Below the pieces are notes generated by a model. It made no database searches. It saw only the letters and a list, made by a program, of their open reading frames with translations, and was not told where the DNA came from. A stretch of DNA of 64,000 nucleotides from Octopus bimaculoides (Eukaryota): positions 60,473,524 through 60,537,523 of the forward strand of contig NC_068982.1 of assembly GCF_001194135.2 (NCBI RefSeq), in the 5' to 3' direction. The translations under genes were made by a program, and so were the position numbers. Below are positions 27,343 to 40,520 of this stretch, piece after piece (the stretch's first letter is position 1; the number at the start of each line of letters is the position of its first letter).

Positions 27343-28570
27343 AATACGTGTTTTAAAAATATTGATTCCAGTAAAATTAGATAGAAATGAAGAATATCAA
27401 GGAAGAACAGAACATCCCATAGGTAAAAGGAAAACGAATTAGACATTATAACACTAGCAGGAAAACAATTATAGAGTTCTCTTGACAATAAAATTAACTT
27501 ATGAAACAATTGTAATCATTCAGTGATGAGCACTGTTTTTCTGTGAAATTTATTGCTTAGTTATACTTATTATTGAAATCTATGATTGCTGCTACAGTTT
27601 AATCAGCTTATATTGTTGGTAGGCTAAAAGGCCGACTGAATGACAATCAAAAGGTTTGTTTGCATTTAATTCCCAATAAGGAGACTATTTTAATATACAA
27701 TGATAAATAAAGCTAAGCAGCAGAATTTCAGAGTTTGATCTTTGTGAACTAAGTTTGAAGTTGTTGTTTATTGTTTAACCTTACACCAGCCTGTAATCAA
27801 AAGCGTTCTAACCATGACCATCTTGTCTATTTTTTCAGTCGTTTTGTACCCCACCCTATATTATCCAATGTTTTGTTTTTTTCTTTAATGATGGTAGGTT
27901 GTAGTAGTTTTTAGGTGAGATTTGGTTGGTATTTCTAGCAGATCATTGACATCAGCCTGTAATTAAAGGTATTCAAACCCCTTAAGGGGAAAACAAGTCC
28001 TTTCAAACCTAAATGGTTTTAATTGTAAAATTTGGTTGATGAAGCAATTAACGAATCTGATTTTCATGCAACAAAATTTAGTCTTGACATTTTTGATACA
28101 TTTTCATATTCTGTCTGACCCATGCAAGCATTGAAAAATAGATGTTAAACAATGATGATGATGATGATGATGACGACGACAATGACGACAATAAGGAAGA
28201 TGATGACAATGACAATGATGATGATAATGCTGGTGGTGTGATGAATTAGAAGCAATTTCCAGGTTGCTAACATTTATAATCATTTGTAATCCAATGTTGC
28301 TCCTTCCAGCTGCCAGGCAATTACCATTACCAAACTATAGTCACATCAAAATTACCAAACTGTAATCTCATCAAAAAAATACTCATCAGTTTTTGTTTTT
28401 TGTTTGTTTGTTAGGTTACAATGAGCTTCATTCTTTGATCTTCATCCATTTTCCTGTTCATTTTTGTTTGTTCTGGTTCTAAATAACTATGAAAAAACGC
28501 TGCAAACATGATGGCAATGGTGTAAGAAGCCATAAACTTAACCCTTCAGTCTGTTGCAGCATATACTCAC

Positions 28571-28668
28571 TTTACCTAATCCTTCATCCCAGAACACCAA
28601 CCCTCTGGAATTCCTGCACCCTCTCTTTGTGCTCTTTTTCTCTAAACATTGACTTGCAGATGTCCAGG
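28571..28668 (-). CDS. Candidate exon (98 nt); product unknown
   Basis: Acceptor tgtgtttatgttcag|, donor AAA|GTGAGT; one frame is open throughout (WTSASQCLEKKSTKRGCRNSRGLVFWDEGLGK), another reads LDICKSMFREKEHKERVQEFQR before a stop. Confidence 0.3.
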
Positions 28669-29029
28669 CTGAACATAAACACAATAGACACCAAGCAAAA
28701 TAAACATAAACACCAAGCAAAATAAGCACATGCTTAAGGCATTACGAGAAGGGTGGGCAGCACAGAAATGATAAATGGTTTATGGCACAAAAGATATCAT
28801 TTTATACTTAATAGAATATCATTTGAAGTGGTTTATATGATCAGAAATATAATTTCAAAGTATTCATGGTGTCATGGTGAAGTTCTGATCATAAACTTTG
28901 TCATTAAAAAAAAAAGTAGGAGAAAACTTATTAAATTAATATAAATAAAAGTATGCAAAAATAAACATTATTTTCTATCTTACTGTTAGTTTTGTTTCAT
29001 TTTAGCAAATATAAAAATGTTTCCATCAC

Positions 29030-29460
29030 CATTATCATTTAATGTCTATTTGCCATGCTGGCACAGGTTGGAAAGTCAATCAGGGGCTGGTCAGCTGAAG
29101 AGATGCCTGGGCTCCATGTCTGTTTTTGGCATGATTTCTATGGCTGGATGCCCTTCCTAATGCCAACCACTTTACAGTGTGTATTGGGTGCTTGTATGTG
29201 GCACCAGCACAGATGCTTTTACACGGTACAAGCATGGGTGTTTTTTACATGGCACCAGCACACATGAGCCCATGAGATTAGGATCACTCAGCTGAAGAGG
29301 GATGTAAGGGACATTTCCTGAATGCAAGGACAACCACAATTTTACTTAGCTTGAAGTGTCTTCTCCAGTATAGCAAACGGCCAGAAGTCTCAGTCTCTTG
29401 TCATCCCTGCTTTGAGGTCTAGATCCTTTCTCCTATCCCTTCCACATGTTCTCTTTGAAG
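29030..29460 (-). mobile_element. RTE LINE 3' end
   Basis: Minus peptide ...MTRD*DFWPFAILEKT followed by the same 3' UTR (ggaagggcatccagcc...tagaaatc). Confidence 0.7.
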
Positions 29461-30206
29461 TACATATATATAAGGGTACCAAGACCTTGTTAGTACTTAA
29501 GACGTTTATGGGTCTTAATCTGGTCTTGCATAAACAGTATCACTCACCACCATTTCAGAGGACCAGCAAATCTCTCAGGGCTTGTACCTCCTTCTATGTT
29601 GCAAGTTAAAATCTGTCTTGTGCTTGTAGGCTCATTGGACTGCAGCTTATTTCAATTTCTGGAGAACACAAGGCTCTCCACTAGATGGAACACTGTTGGT
29701 TGCAAAGTTTAACCCTTGATGCTGTTCAGGTTAAACTTTGCAGATGAGTGAACTGAAGCAACATGAAATGAGGTGCCTTGCTCAAGGAGACGAATGTACT
29801 ACTCAGTGAAGAAGTCAAACCTGTGCCCTTACAATTGTGATTTCTCCAATGGTTAAGACATTTTATAAAAAAAAAATCCATTGAAATAAGGTTCAAAGAA
29901 ACCAAACCATGGTGATGGTGATGATGATGATGATGATGATTACTACTGTCCCACCACCACGACTGCCATTACTTTCCTTATGATGTCATTGGGAAAAATA
30001 GGGAAAAGATAAAAGTAAAGGAGTGAGTCTGTAGATAGATTATGCCTGAACAAAATACAACATGGTTACCACGAGATTTGAAATTTAATAGAAAATGTTC
30101 ATTTGAGTTATTGACCTCACTATCACATGGGAAAATTATTGATCAATCAATGATGAATGTTCCTTACATGTGCAGATGCATACATGTATATATATATATG
30201 TGTGTA

Positions 30207-30257
<51 letters not shown>

Positions 30258-30279
30258 NNNNNNNNNNNNNNNNNNNNNN

Positions 30280-30339
<60 letters not shown>

Positions 30340-30494
30340 CATGTATGTATATTAAGATAAATGATATACATGTAGATGATTTTAACACAAAGCTATATGT
30401 GATGGTTTCAAATTTTGTCACAAGGCCAGCAATTTTGAGCTGGTTGGGCAAGTTGATTACTTCGACCCCAGTGCTCAAATGGCATTTATTTCAG

Positions 30495-31246
30495 GCACAC
30501 TAAATTTTAACGTTCTAGTTCACTTCTACTGTTTATAGTTGTGCTTGGAAGGTACATGTGTCGCATGTGATCATCACATTGACCATGACAGAGAAAGTTG
30601 GGCAGAGAATCTGCATCAAATTTTGCCCAAAATTTGGCAATACCTGCTCAGAGGCCTATGCAAACTTTATGAAAAGATTTCATCGTTCTCGACACAATCA
30701 AGAAGATCTTGTGCAACTGAAACCCAAGTGTCCTTTTGGTCAGCTGAAAGCAATTTTGACACAAACTTGGCGGACACACATTACATACCTAAATCTTCAG
30801 TAATAATGGACTGAACTGAACCATAACTGATGTACACATCCTCTGATAACATATGGTTGGTGATTCGATGATTTCCCCTCACACCTGCATGCACATCTGC
30901 GATGTTTTTCTCAGTTTTGCTGGTTGCAGGTCTTCCAGAATGTTCATAATTTTTTGGCCATCTTGGAAATGTTTGAACCCCTTCTACACTTGTGTGTGGC
31001 TCATACAATCCTCTCCATACATTTTCTGCGTAGGCCTTTGAGCAGGTATCATCATGACAACTTTCTCTGTCATGGTCAATGTGATGATCCTTCCAAGCAC
31101 TGCTGTAAAAAGCAGAACTGAGCTAGAATGTTAAAGCTTAGTGCACATGCACAGCAGAGTTCAAGGTCAATTTTTGCCAAGCAGCTTCACTCTGCATGCT
31201 TTAGCTTCTTTACTATGGCAATAATGTGGATACTTATTGATCACAC

Positions 31247-31250
<4 letters not shown>
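30495..31250. mobile_element. Mariner (Mos1/Hsmar-like) derivative made of two 5' ends in inverted orientation
   Basis: Plus: MTEKVGQRICIKFCPKFGNTCSEAYA. Minus: EHSGRPATSKTEKNIADV...SVQSIITEDLGM and VSAKFVSKLLSADQKD. TA-flanked TIR-like end at 31250. Confidence 0.85.
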
Positions 31251-31301
<51 letters not shown>

Positions 31302-32009
31302 GCAAACACACCAACACCAGTTGACAAGCAGTGGTGGTAGACAAACACAGATACCATCACACACATACACACACACATACACATACATACATATACATAT
31401 ACATCCATGGTTCCAGGTTCAGTCTCACTACGTGACACTTTGGGTGAGTGTCTTCTACTAGAGTCTCAGTTTCCATCTACTAAATCTACTAACAAGGTTT
31501 TTGGTCAGCCCAAGCCTCTAACAGAAGACCTTGCCCAAGGTTCCACCCTGGAACCATGTGGTTGAGAAGCAATTCTCTTAGCACATATCTATATATCTGA
31601 GTCCCCAATAGAAAAGCAAAAGATAGATCTACCATTGGTTAATTTAGAGTCGATCTATCACAGGAAATATTCCCACAACCCATCCCTGAAATTGCTGGCT
31701 TTGTGCCAAAATTTTTAACCAATATTCCCATAAGAACTGCTTTATCATTTCACACAATCCTTTCATGTAGTTCTTCAACTTGCTAGTAATAGCAGCCAAT
31801 CCCACTCACTGTCAAATGACAACTTGCCTTCTTAAAAATTGACTTGTTAGATATTATATGTCAAGATATATTACATTTGGAGAAAAAATAGTAAGTTGAA
31901 TACGAAAGAGACATATTTTATCATTGATCTGGTAAATCACAGATGAGCTTGAGTTAAAGAACAATAACAATTAAAGTAAGTAGAACATACCAATCACTTA
32001 AAATGGATG

Positions 32010-32400
32010 GAACTTGTGGAAGAGGGAGACCCAGGAAGACATAGGATGAAGTACTGAAAGCCAATTTCAAGACACTGAGCTCTATAAAGAAGATGACTAA
32101 GAACCAAGATACCTGGCATATTGCTGTACTCAAGAAAACCCGTCTGCTACAGCAGAATTGATGCTGGTGCTGGTGACACATAAAAAGCATTCATGCTGGT
32201 GTCATGTTAAAAGCTCTGGTACTGGTGCCACATAAAACGCACCCAGTGCACTCTGTGGAGTAGTTGACATTAGGAAGGGCATCCAACCACAGAAACCATG
32301 CTACAACAGACAATGGAGCCTGGTGTGGCCCTACCGTACCAGTTCCGGTCAAGCCGACCAACCATGCCAGCACGGAAAATGGACTTTAAGTGATGATGAT
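32010..32400 (+). mobile_element. RTE LINE 3' end (ORF2 C-terminus + 3' UTR + GAT tail)
   Basis: DGTCGRGRPRKT*DEVLKANFKTL...MTKNQDTWHIAVLKKT matches the RTE C-terminal GRPRKTW motif. Confidence 0.8.
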
Positions 32401-33200
32401 TATGAGGTTCCAGCCGAAAGCTGTAGCCATGCTGGGACACTCCTATTCAAAACAGGACCAGCAGAAACTACATTAATTTTCTTGCATAAGATTTGAACTG
32501 TTGAAAGATGATTATTTAGCTCAGTCTAGTACTTCATTCACATGGTTATTTTGTGTTTATGAGGAACGAAAATTTTCTATCATCAAATGAAGTTCATTGG
32601 AATTAAATATTTTAGAAAATAGGAAGAAAATAACACTTTTATGCCTGAAAAAGAATTGTGTTTGAATTTATTGAAGAATCCATTTCCATATACAGACTTA
32701 ATCCTCACATTCATCAAACTAATATATGCCATTATATCTATCAATCTATCTATCTATCTATATATATATTTGTGTGTGTGTGCGTGTGTGTGTGCATGTG
32801 TGTGTGTGTGTGTGTGTACATACAGACATATATATATATATATACATATACACACATACATGTGTATCTGTATCAACATATTAATATACACATATAGATC
32901 ATTTTACTATACATGTATGTGTGTGTGTGTGCATGTGTGTGTGTGTGTATGTGTGTGTGTATGCAGGAAGACATGAAATACATGTACATACATATATATT
33001 TATGTATATACCTACTTGCAGATATACATACTTTTCCCCCCCACACACACACACATTTGAAGGGTGTCTTTGTAGAGATACACACATTTCCCAGTATTGA
33101 TTTGTGTATGTATGCATGAGTGTGAGTGCGTGTGTATCTAACTGTCTACAAAAACATTATACATACATGCATATAAAATTTGTATGTGTGAGCATTTGTT

Positions 33201-33241
<41 letters not shown>

Positions 33242-33250
33242 GTTTGTATT

Positions 33251-33308
<58 letters not shown>

Positions 33309-34216
33309 CACACACAAAAGAAAAATAATAGAATTACTGCTTTAACAACATAGGCAATTTAACTTACTTTAATTTTCTTTTTAGTGAAATAAAACAGAGT
33401 CTTTGTGTTGGAATAAGTTCAAAACAAACCATGAGTGACTTTGAAGTTGTGAAATAGGTCTTGTAAAAGACATGACTTTTTCTTCTTTTTTTTTAATTCT
33501 TCCTTTTCTTTTTTCTTTTTTTCTTTTTTTTTTTTTATTTTTCATTCAGTAAAAATCTTTTAGCAGAACAACATTTAATGTACAAACCATGAACTGTCTT
33601 TAGGACAATAGCATTCTCAATTATAAATAACATAAAGATTTTATTGCATTACTTGGACAATAATTTCAATACTCTGTTTAAAGATTAAATGAATATGTTA
33701 AAAGCTTCTTTTATTTTTGACATTCTAGCAGAATATATGATTTTTAACTGAAATTTAATTTATTTCGACATTATATATACAGCAGTGACCTTTTGCTGCT
33801 GACTAATTCAAAAATATATTGATGATGATATTTAAAAAAACAGAAATACAAAAAAAAAAATCTATTTGTTTGATTAATTTATTATATCAACATCAGCTAT
33901 ATGTAATTGGAATGTTTTATATAATATAGTTTTTAAAAATATGACCTCACAGTTGAATTCACTCTCAGAAATGACTACTTTTTACCCACCATAACTTTTA
34001 CATTTTAGAAGAATTTTCTGCTACATCTATCTCTGTGCAATGATGGGATACTTTTTTTTTTTTTTTGCATTTTAGTAACTGTGATCTTTATAGATATAAC
34101 TGCTATAACTATACATACATTTGTGTGTTTGGTTGCATCTGTAGTTACATTGGTAATGTTAACCAATAACACCACACATGTATACATACTTAAATACATA
34201 TGTGTGTATTCATATA

Positions 34217-34270
<54 letters not shown>

Positions 34271-34780
34271 TATATATGCACGCACATATATATATGTGTG
34301 TGTATATTTATATATATGTATAATAAATAAATATACATATATATACATATATGTGTGTGTGTGAATGTATATATATATACTTATATATTGGAAACCTAGG
34401 GAATAATGCCCTAAATGGAAGAAGTATTTTCATCTGGAGAAATATAATACATATATTTATGTATATGTATATATGATATATACATGCATATACATATACA
34501 CACACTCATACACACATATAAGTATATATATATATATATCACCCATGCTTGCATGGAAGGTAGACATTAAATGATGATGATGATGATGATGATGATGATA
34601 CACACATAAATACAAATTCAAATGCTCACTCATGCACACATCTGTATTTACGTATTTTTGTGTGTGTAATGTCTGTATGTCTAAATCACTGTTTTGAACA
34701 GAATAACTAGATAATCCGATGGTCTATGACAAGTAAAATATATTCTTCTAATGACAACTTATTCATGCATGTATCTAAAT

Positions 34781-34975
34781 ACCAGATGCCATATACCAGA
34801 TACCAGTTGCTATATGCAAGATGCTAGATGCTAGATACCAGATATCAGATGCCAGGTGTGAAATATTAGATATCAGGGACCAGATATCTTATGCTACAAC
34901 ACTGGATACAAGATAACATATAACAGATACCAGATGCAATGCCATATACAAGATACTGGATGCCTAATACCAGAT
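34781..34975. repeat. Degenerate 7-bp minisatellite, consensus (A/G)C(C/T)AGAT, about 27 units
   Basis: accagat gccatat accagat accagtt gctatat gcaagat gctagat gctagat accagat atcagat ... Confidence 0.85.
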
Positions 34976-35069
34976 TCGGCTTTGTGCATCCTGAGATGAA
35001 ATTCTGCCTCCTGCCACCAGCAAAATATCAAGCTCTTCAGGGTCAGATAAAATTTAGTGATGGGCTTAC

Positions 35070-35153
35070 CCAAATATTTCAGCTGATCCCTTTCCATATC
35101 AGCTTATTACATGGCAGGAATGAACATACAATCAAAGAAGAAATAAGACAATT
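35070..35153 (-). other. Candidate exon (84 nt), either non-coding or carrying a start ATG (MERDQLKYL)
   Basis: Acceptor cacactcctttcag|, donor TGG|GTAAGC; stops in all three full-length frames. Confidence 0.25.
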
Positions 35154-35479
35154 CTGAAAGGAGTGTGAAGACAAAATGCTTTACTTTTGAAATATTTGAT
35201 ATGATGTAGAAAATCCATAATTATATTCCAGAATAAGCTACAATGCAGTATTTACTACAAACAGAAGCTGAGAACAACATCCCCAAGAAAAGCATCAGAA
35301 GTTTGGAAAAGTATTAAAAAAGGGATCATGGGGACTGTTTATTTTCCAAAATAATAAAAGTTTAGGAACCTTATTTTGTGGAGGAACTATCTCTTACTAA
35401 ATCTTTTAAATTTTGGTTAATGGTTTGCAGTCTGCTGCAGGTATCAAGTTTTATGCTATTGGGAAAGGTAATTAGCTCT

Positions 35480-36255
35480 ATCTTATACCTGAGAAAAATT
35501 ACTTCAGGAGATTAAAAAAATATTACTCAAAAGACAATTCACAGTAACTTTAAACAACAATGGAATAGAACATGCAAAAGTGATAGACACCTAAGAATTA
35601 CAAGAAGGAAGAAACATCCCTGATTTACTCAACACTTTAATCTATATCGCAACACACATCCAAGAAGTATGGAAGCATGCAATACTCACTTTTGATGAAC
35701 AACTAACAAAGGGAAAAGGCACTCAATATACACAAAATAATTACAAATAAAAGACTACCGGTCTTTAAAAAATTACTTGCTAGTGTCAAATTACAAAATT
35801 ACAACTGCAATAGTCCAAAAGTGTAATTGCTCTTATTGTGGAATCTACATCAACCTCATTGAGAGCTTGACATATGAATTTAAATCCAGACAATCATTTT
35901 CCATAATGTATCATTTCACTTGTGCATCAAGAAATTTAACTTATGTTGTCAAATACAATGTGTGTAATGAAGACTGCATAGGACAAATGAGATTAACACT
36001 GAAACACAGAACGATGGTGCACTGTCAAAAGATACAAGAAAAATATCTGTTTGTAATCATGTGGTTCTTTGTCCAACAAGCAAATGTCCTAAATACCAAA
36101 TTTCCCCTTTATATAAGTGTATCTGGAACATCACATTGCAGTTCCAATTAAATAAGGAAAATAAGTTTATTAAGAAATATAAACCAAAGCTAAATTATAA
36201 CAACCCAACAGAATGCAAAAATGCAGAATATTCAACTCAACTAAACAACTAGACA
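35480..36255 (+). mobile_element. Penelope-like element 3' remnant with GIY-YIG endonuclease
   Basis: KCNCSYCG...FTCASRNLTYVVKYNVCNEDCIGQ...LKHRTMVH and LYKC...KENKFIKKYKPKLN match the PLE endonuclease and C-terminus; frameshifted. Confidence 0.8.
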
Positions 36256-36259
36256 CAGC

Positions 36260-36636
36260 AACAAGAGCACTCAGAGAGTGCAAACCTCTGCCAAAGCAAC
36301 ACCAATGTCTTCTCAACGATTAGCCAAAAATGATTTTTAAAATGAGAATATCTGAAATAAACTCAACTGCTCTGACAAACAAGAATACTGAAAATGAACC
36401 GAACCGCTCTCAAAAATTAAGTGAAAAAAAGCAGGAAAAATAATCAAGAATCCTTGTCCATTACCAGATTGATCCCATAATCTAATCAATTCATGCCAGT
36501 TGGCCATCAGGCCAAACATCCCTGAAAGTTTCATCCAAATCCATCCAGCAGTTCTTAAGATATCTTGTCCATAGACAAACCAACAAACAAACATGACTGA
36601 AAACATTACTTCCACCTTTGCTAGGACAGCGGTAAT
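36260..36636 (-). mobile_element. DINE-1/HINE-like element, copy 2
   Basis: Colinear with 12386-12741 over its whole length; terminal hairpin decayed. Confidence 0.65.
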
Positions 36637-37924
36637 AATAAAAGTAAATCAAAAACTGAAGTAATAGCCACCCTTTGGGATAAGAGATCGTAACTTCAAA
36701 CCATTGGTAATTCCATTTTTGACATTGTTTGCTGACATCACCTCAGGATTGACCAATGTGGTTATGTTTTTGGTTAAAACTAGATGCAAGCAAAAAAAGA
36801 AAAAAACAAGTGATGTTATTAAGCATTCAGCCGACTCAGAAAAACCAGCTGCCAAGACGTACAACAAACAAATTATGTTCCTCAGCAAACTGAATGCAAA
36901 CAAATACAAGTGATATATTTGAGTAAATATCCAATCAGGACTTGAAGCTATACCTTAATACCAACATGAATAAGGCAATGTCAGCTTGGAAAATAGTTCA
37001 ATTTCATAGTCAAACATGTAAATCAAACAACAAACAATTCTAGCTCACACAACATTACAGAATTTTGGATAACTTTTTTCTTATACTTTAAAATCTTAAT
37101 TATGTCTAATTGCTGACATAATTTATTGCTATGAAACTTATTGAACTTTTAAATTACTATCATGTATTATTGCCATGAAATTTATTGAATATTTGAACTT
37201 TGATAATCTTTTATTGAAACTTAATGACCATTCGAATTTTCATCATGATGGCTATGAAGTCTTTGAACATTTGATTTTTGAACATATCTTATTACTCCAA
37301 AACATTTTCGTGAGCATTCTCTTTAAAATTTTCCTTTTATTATTATTTTTTTATATATTTTACTTACTATTATAAAACAAAAAAAAATTTGAAACCAGTA
37401 TGGTACTTTTATAAATAAAAAATACCTATAAAAATAAAATTCCTAAATTTGCAATCCCAAAACTGGTTTTCTTATATATATATATATACATACATATATA
37501 TATATATGCACTCATATATAGTGTATATGTGTGCTTNNNNNNNNNNNNNNNNNNNNNNNNNNNNNNNNNNNNNNNNNNNNNNNNNNNNNNNNNNNNNNNN
37601 NNNNNNNNNNNNNNNNNNNNNNNNNNNNNNNNNNNNNNNNNNNNNNNNNNNNNNNNNNNNNNNNNNNNNNNNNNNNNNNNNNNNNNNNNNNNNNNNNNNN
37701 NNNNNNNNNNNNNNNNNNNNNNNNNNNNNNNNNNNNNNNNNNNNNNNNNNNNNNNNNNNNNNNNNNNNNNNNNNNNNNNNNNNNNNNNNNNNNNNNNNNN
37801 NNNNNNNNNNNNNNNNNNNNNNNNNNNNNNNNNNNNNNNNNNNNNNNNNNNNCATACATATGTATATACATACATACATATATATATATATACATACATA
37901 CACACATATACACATACACACACA

Positions 37925-37960
<36 letters not shown>

Positions 37961-40129
37961 CATTCATACATACAGATACATTTTTTACATGTGCATATAT
38001 GTATGTATATGATTTCATTCTTTAGCAGCCTTGAGGCTGTTTCTAACATATAGTATACACGCAAATTGCTTCCCAGAATAATATGTTACATAAGATATCC
38101 ATGTTAGATAAGTAATCCAACCTTCCCATTGTTAATTTTTACTCATTTAGGAATAAATTACTAAGTAAGTTTACACTACTCTGAAAGATATTCTGTCTGA
38201 TATTCTGTCCCAGATAATGCAAACTACTTTTGTTAACATACAAGGATATGGGTTTGCTACAGAATTATAATAATCATTACACAATAATTAACTATGTTAG
38301 AATCATTCGAAATTAGCACCAAGCAGATCAAGTGAAATTATCAGCTAGGTGAAACAAAGATTGCTATTTAGCTTGTTGTCTCATCTCTATGTGTTTAAAT
38401 CTTCCCTTGTTTGATTTTACATTCATCCTTCTGAAGTTGATGAAAGAAGTAGGAAAATGATATACTGAGGATGATAATGATATGAGAGTTAATGTTTTCA
38501 GTAGGATTTGGTCAATGAGTAGTAGTTGTTATGATCTACTTGAGTTTAAAATATCCATTTCCATCATGGCCAGCACTTAACATCTACTGACATACAGAAA
38601 CAGACTGATTGTTGAATGAGTAACAACACGCTGAGGCTACACCACAGTGAAAGAAACAGTTAACTATTTCATACCAGACAGTCTTCAGCAAGATTGAAAC
38701 ATGGCATATCTGGAGCAATGGTTCTGTGGACCATGCCAATCATTTAGCTAACTACTTAGATGTTAAAGAACTACTCAACCAGGGTTCAACAATTGCAGTA
38801 GCAACAATATCTGAGATTGATTCTATTAAGTACACACTTCCTAAACATAAATTTGCTTTGTGCCTGCTTAAAAGAAATCTATATCAGCAACTATAAGCAA
38901 AACCATCTTTACATTGATTTCAGGATGGAAACTATCAACTTTGGCTATAAATAAAACTCAAATATATTTATATACATATATACTTAGTTAAAAACACTGA
39001 TTTATTTTGGATAACTGAAGTTAGTTAACATCAAATGAAACCAAAATGTTCTTTCTCTTTCAGGCACCAAGTTATCCAACATCAGTAAACTGAGATAGAA
39101 TAGACCCTTAAAACAAGGAATGCCTAAATACAGCCTAGAAGTTATGTATGTGTGTGAGCAGATTATCTCAGACGAATGAACAATGCTTGAATGTTTGTTA
39201 TATTTGGTTTTTAGAAGAGGTCAACAGCTGACCAAGGAAATGGCAACCCAGTATTTATATTTGGTTATGTAGTTGTTTCAAAATTTGTTAGTTTTACCAT
39301 TTGTCCAGAGTGATTGTATTACTCATGTGTAGGGAGGATCTAGTATTGTGTATCAAATTCCAAAAGGTATGCGTAGTCCCTGGATTTTCTTTCATGTTAT
39401 TTCAAAAGATCAAGCTGTCAAACGGTCACTGCAAGACATTTCAGGCATTTCTTTTGAAATAGGGTGTGCAGACCTGGTGAAATGTGCTGAATTTGTGTAG
39501 AGACAAAGCCTCCTCTGTATGAAAGATAAGGAAGAAGTATTGAGAGGTGCCATTAGTGTAAAGGTAAACAAATCATTGATGTAAAAATAAGAAGATTTCC
39601 AATTTATCAAGGAAACTGAGATATTTAATATGGACTTATCTCTGTTATCTGTTCTCTTGTTTCTTCACATTAAAACAAAACATGAAGTGATATCTTCTGA
39701 ACACTAAGGCATGATCAATAGCAACAGACATCTGAGTGAAATATTTCATTATTTCATTATATGCTGTGATATAACTGATATAAAATCTCAAGGATATAAA
39801 TCTGTATTTTGATTGTTATTCACCATTGTAGCCATTTTGTTTAATGTTGTAACTGGTCTTGAGAAAGCTAAGGATATTTCACTCACCTTCAGTAAAACTG
39901 AAGATAGAAGAGTTAAGCATGAAGTACTATTTACACAAATAGAAAAATACTTGCATATATATGTAGATATGAGTGCACATGTCAATGCATGTGTGCATTT
40001 TAATTAGTGGAGGGACAACTGACTGTGATTTCTTTATTACAGTAATACTGATGTTCATAATCAAATGTAGAGCCATGTCTTACAGTTGTATTAAAAATGA
40101 AAGATCTAAACCAGTGGTTCATAATTATC

Positions 40130-40520
40130 ATCATCCTTTAATGTCAGTTGTCTATGCAGGCATAAGTTGAAAAGTTTGACCAGAGATGACAAGTCAGAGA
40201 ACTTCATCAGGCTCTAGTCTGATTTGGCATGGTTTCTATGGCTGGATGCCCTTCCAAATGCTAACCACTGTGCTGGGTGCTTTTATGTGGCACCAATATT
40301 TACATGGCAACAATATGTGTGCTATTCACATGTCACTGGCACAGGATTCTTACAAGGAAATCCTCTTCACCAGGGGGAGTGGCCTTAACACTTCTGCTGT
40401 GGAGTATAGGTCTTCTTGAGTACAGCAAGGTGATAGGTATCTCAGTCCTTTGTCATCTCGTCTGAACGGTTCAGCATCCTGAGGTCATCCTTCAGTACTG
40501 TGTCCCATGTCTTCCTGGTT
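40130..40520 (-). mobile_element. RTE LINE 3' end
   Basis: Minus RTRKTWDTVLKDDLRML...MTKD...AVLKKT followed by the shared 3' UTR. Confidence 0.75.

Noticed and set aside
1067-39366. Plus-strand exon candidates (about 1100-1273, 10785-10915, 16985-17060, 19727-19900, 39309-39366)
   Set aside because: Acceptors arise readily from poly-T tracts, no coherent recognisable protein results, and the strand conflicts with the inferred promoter direction
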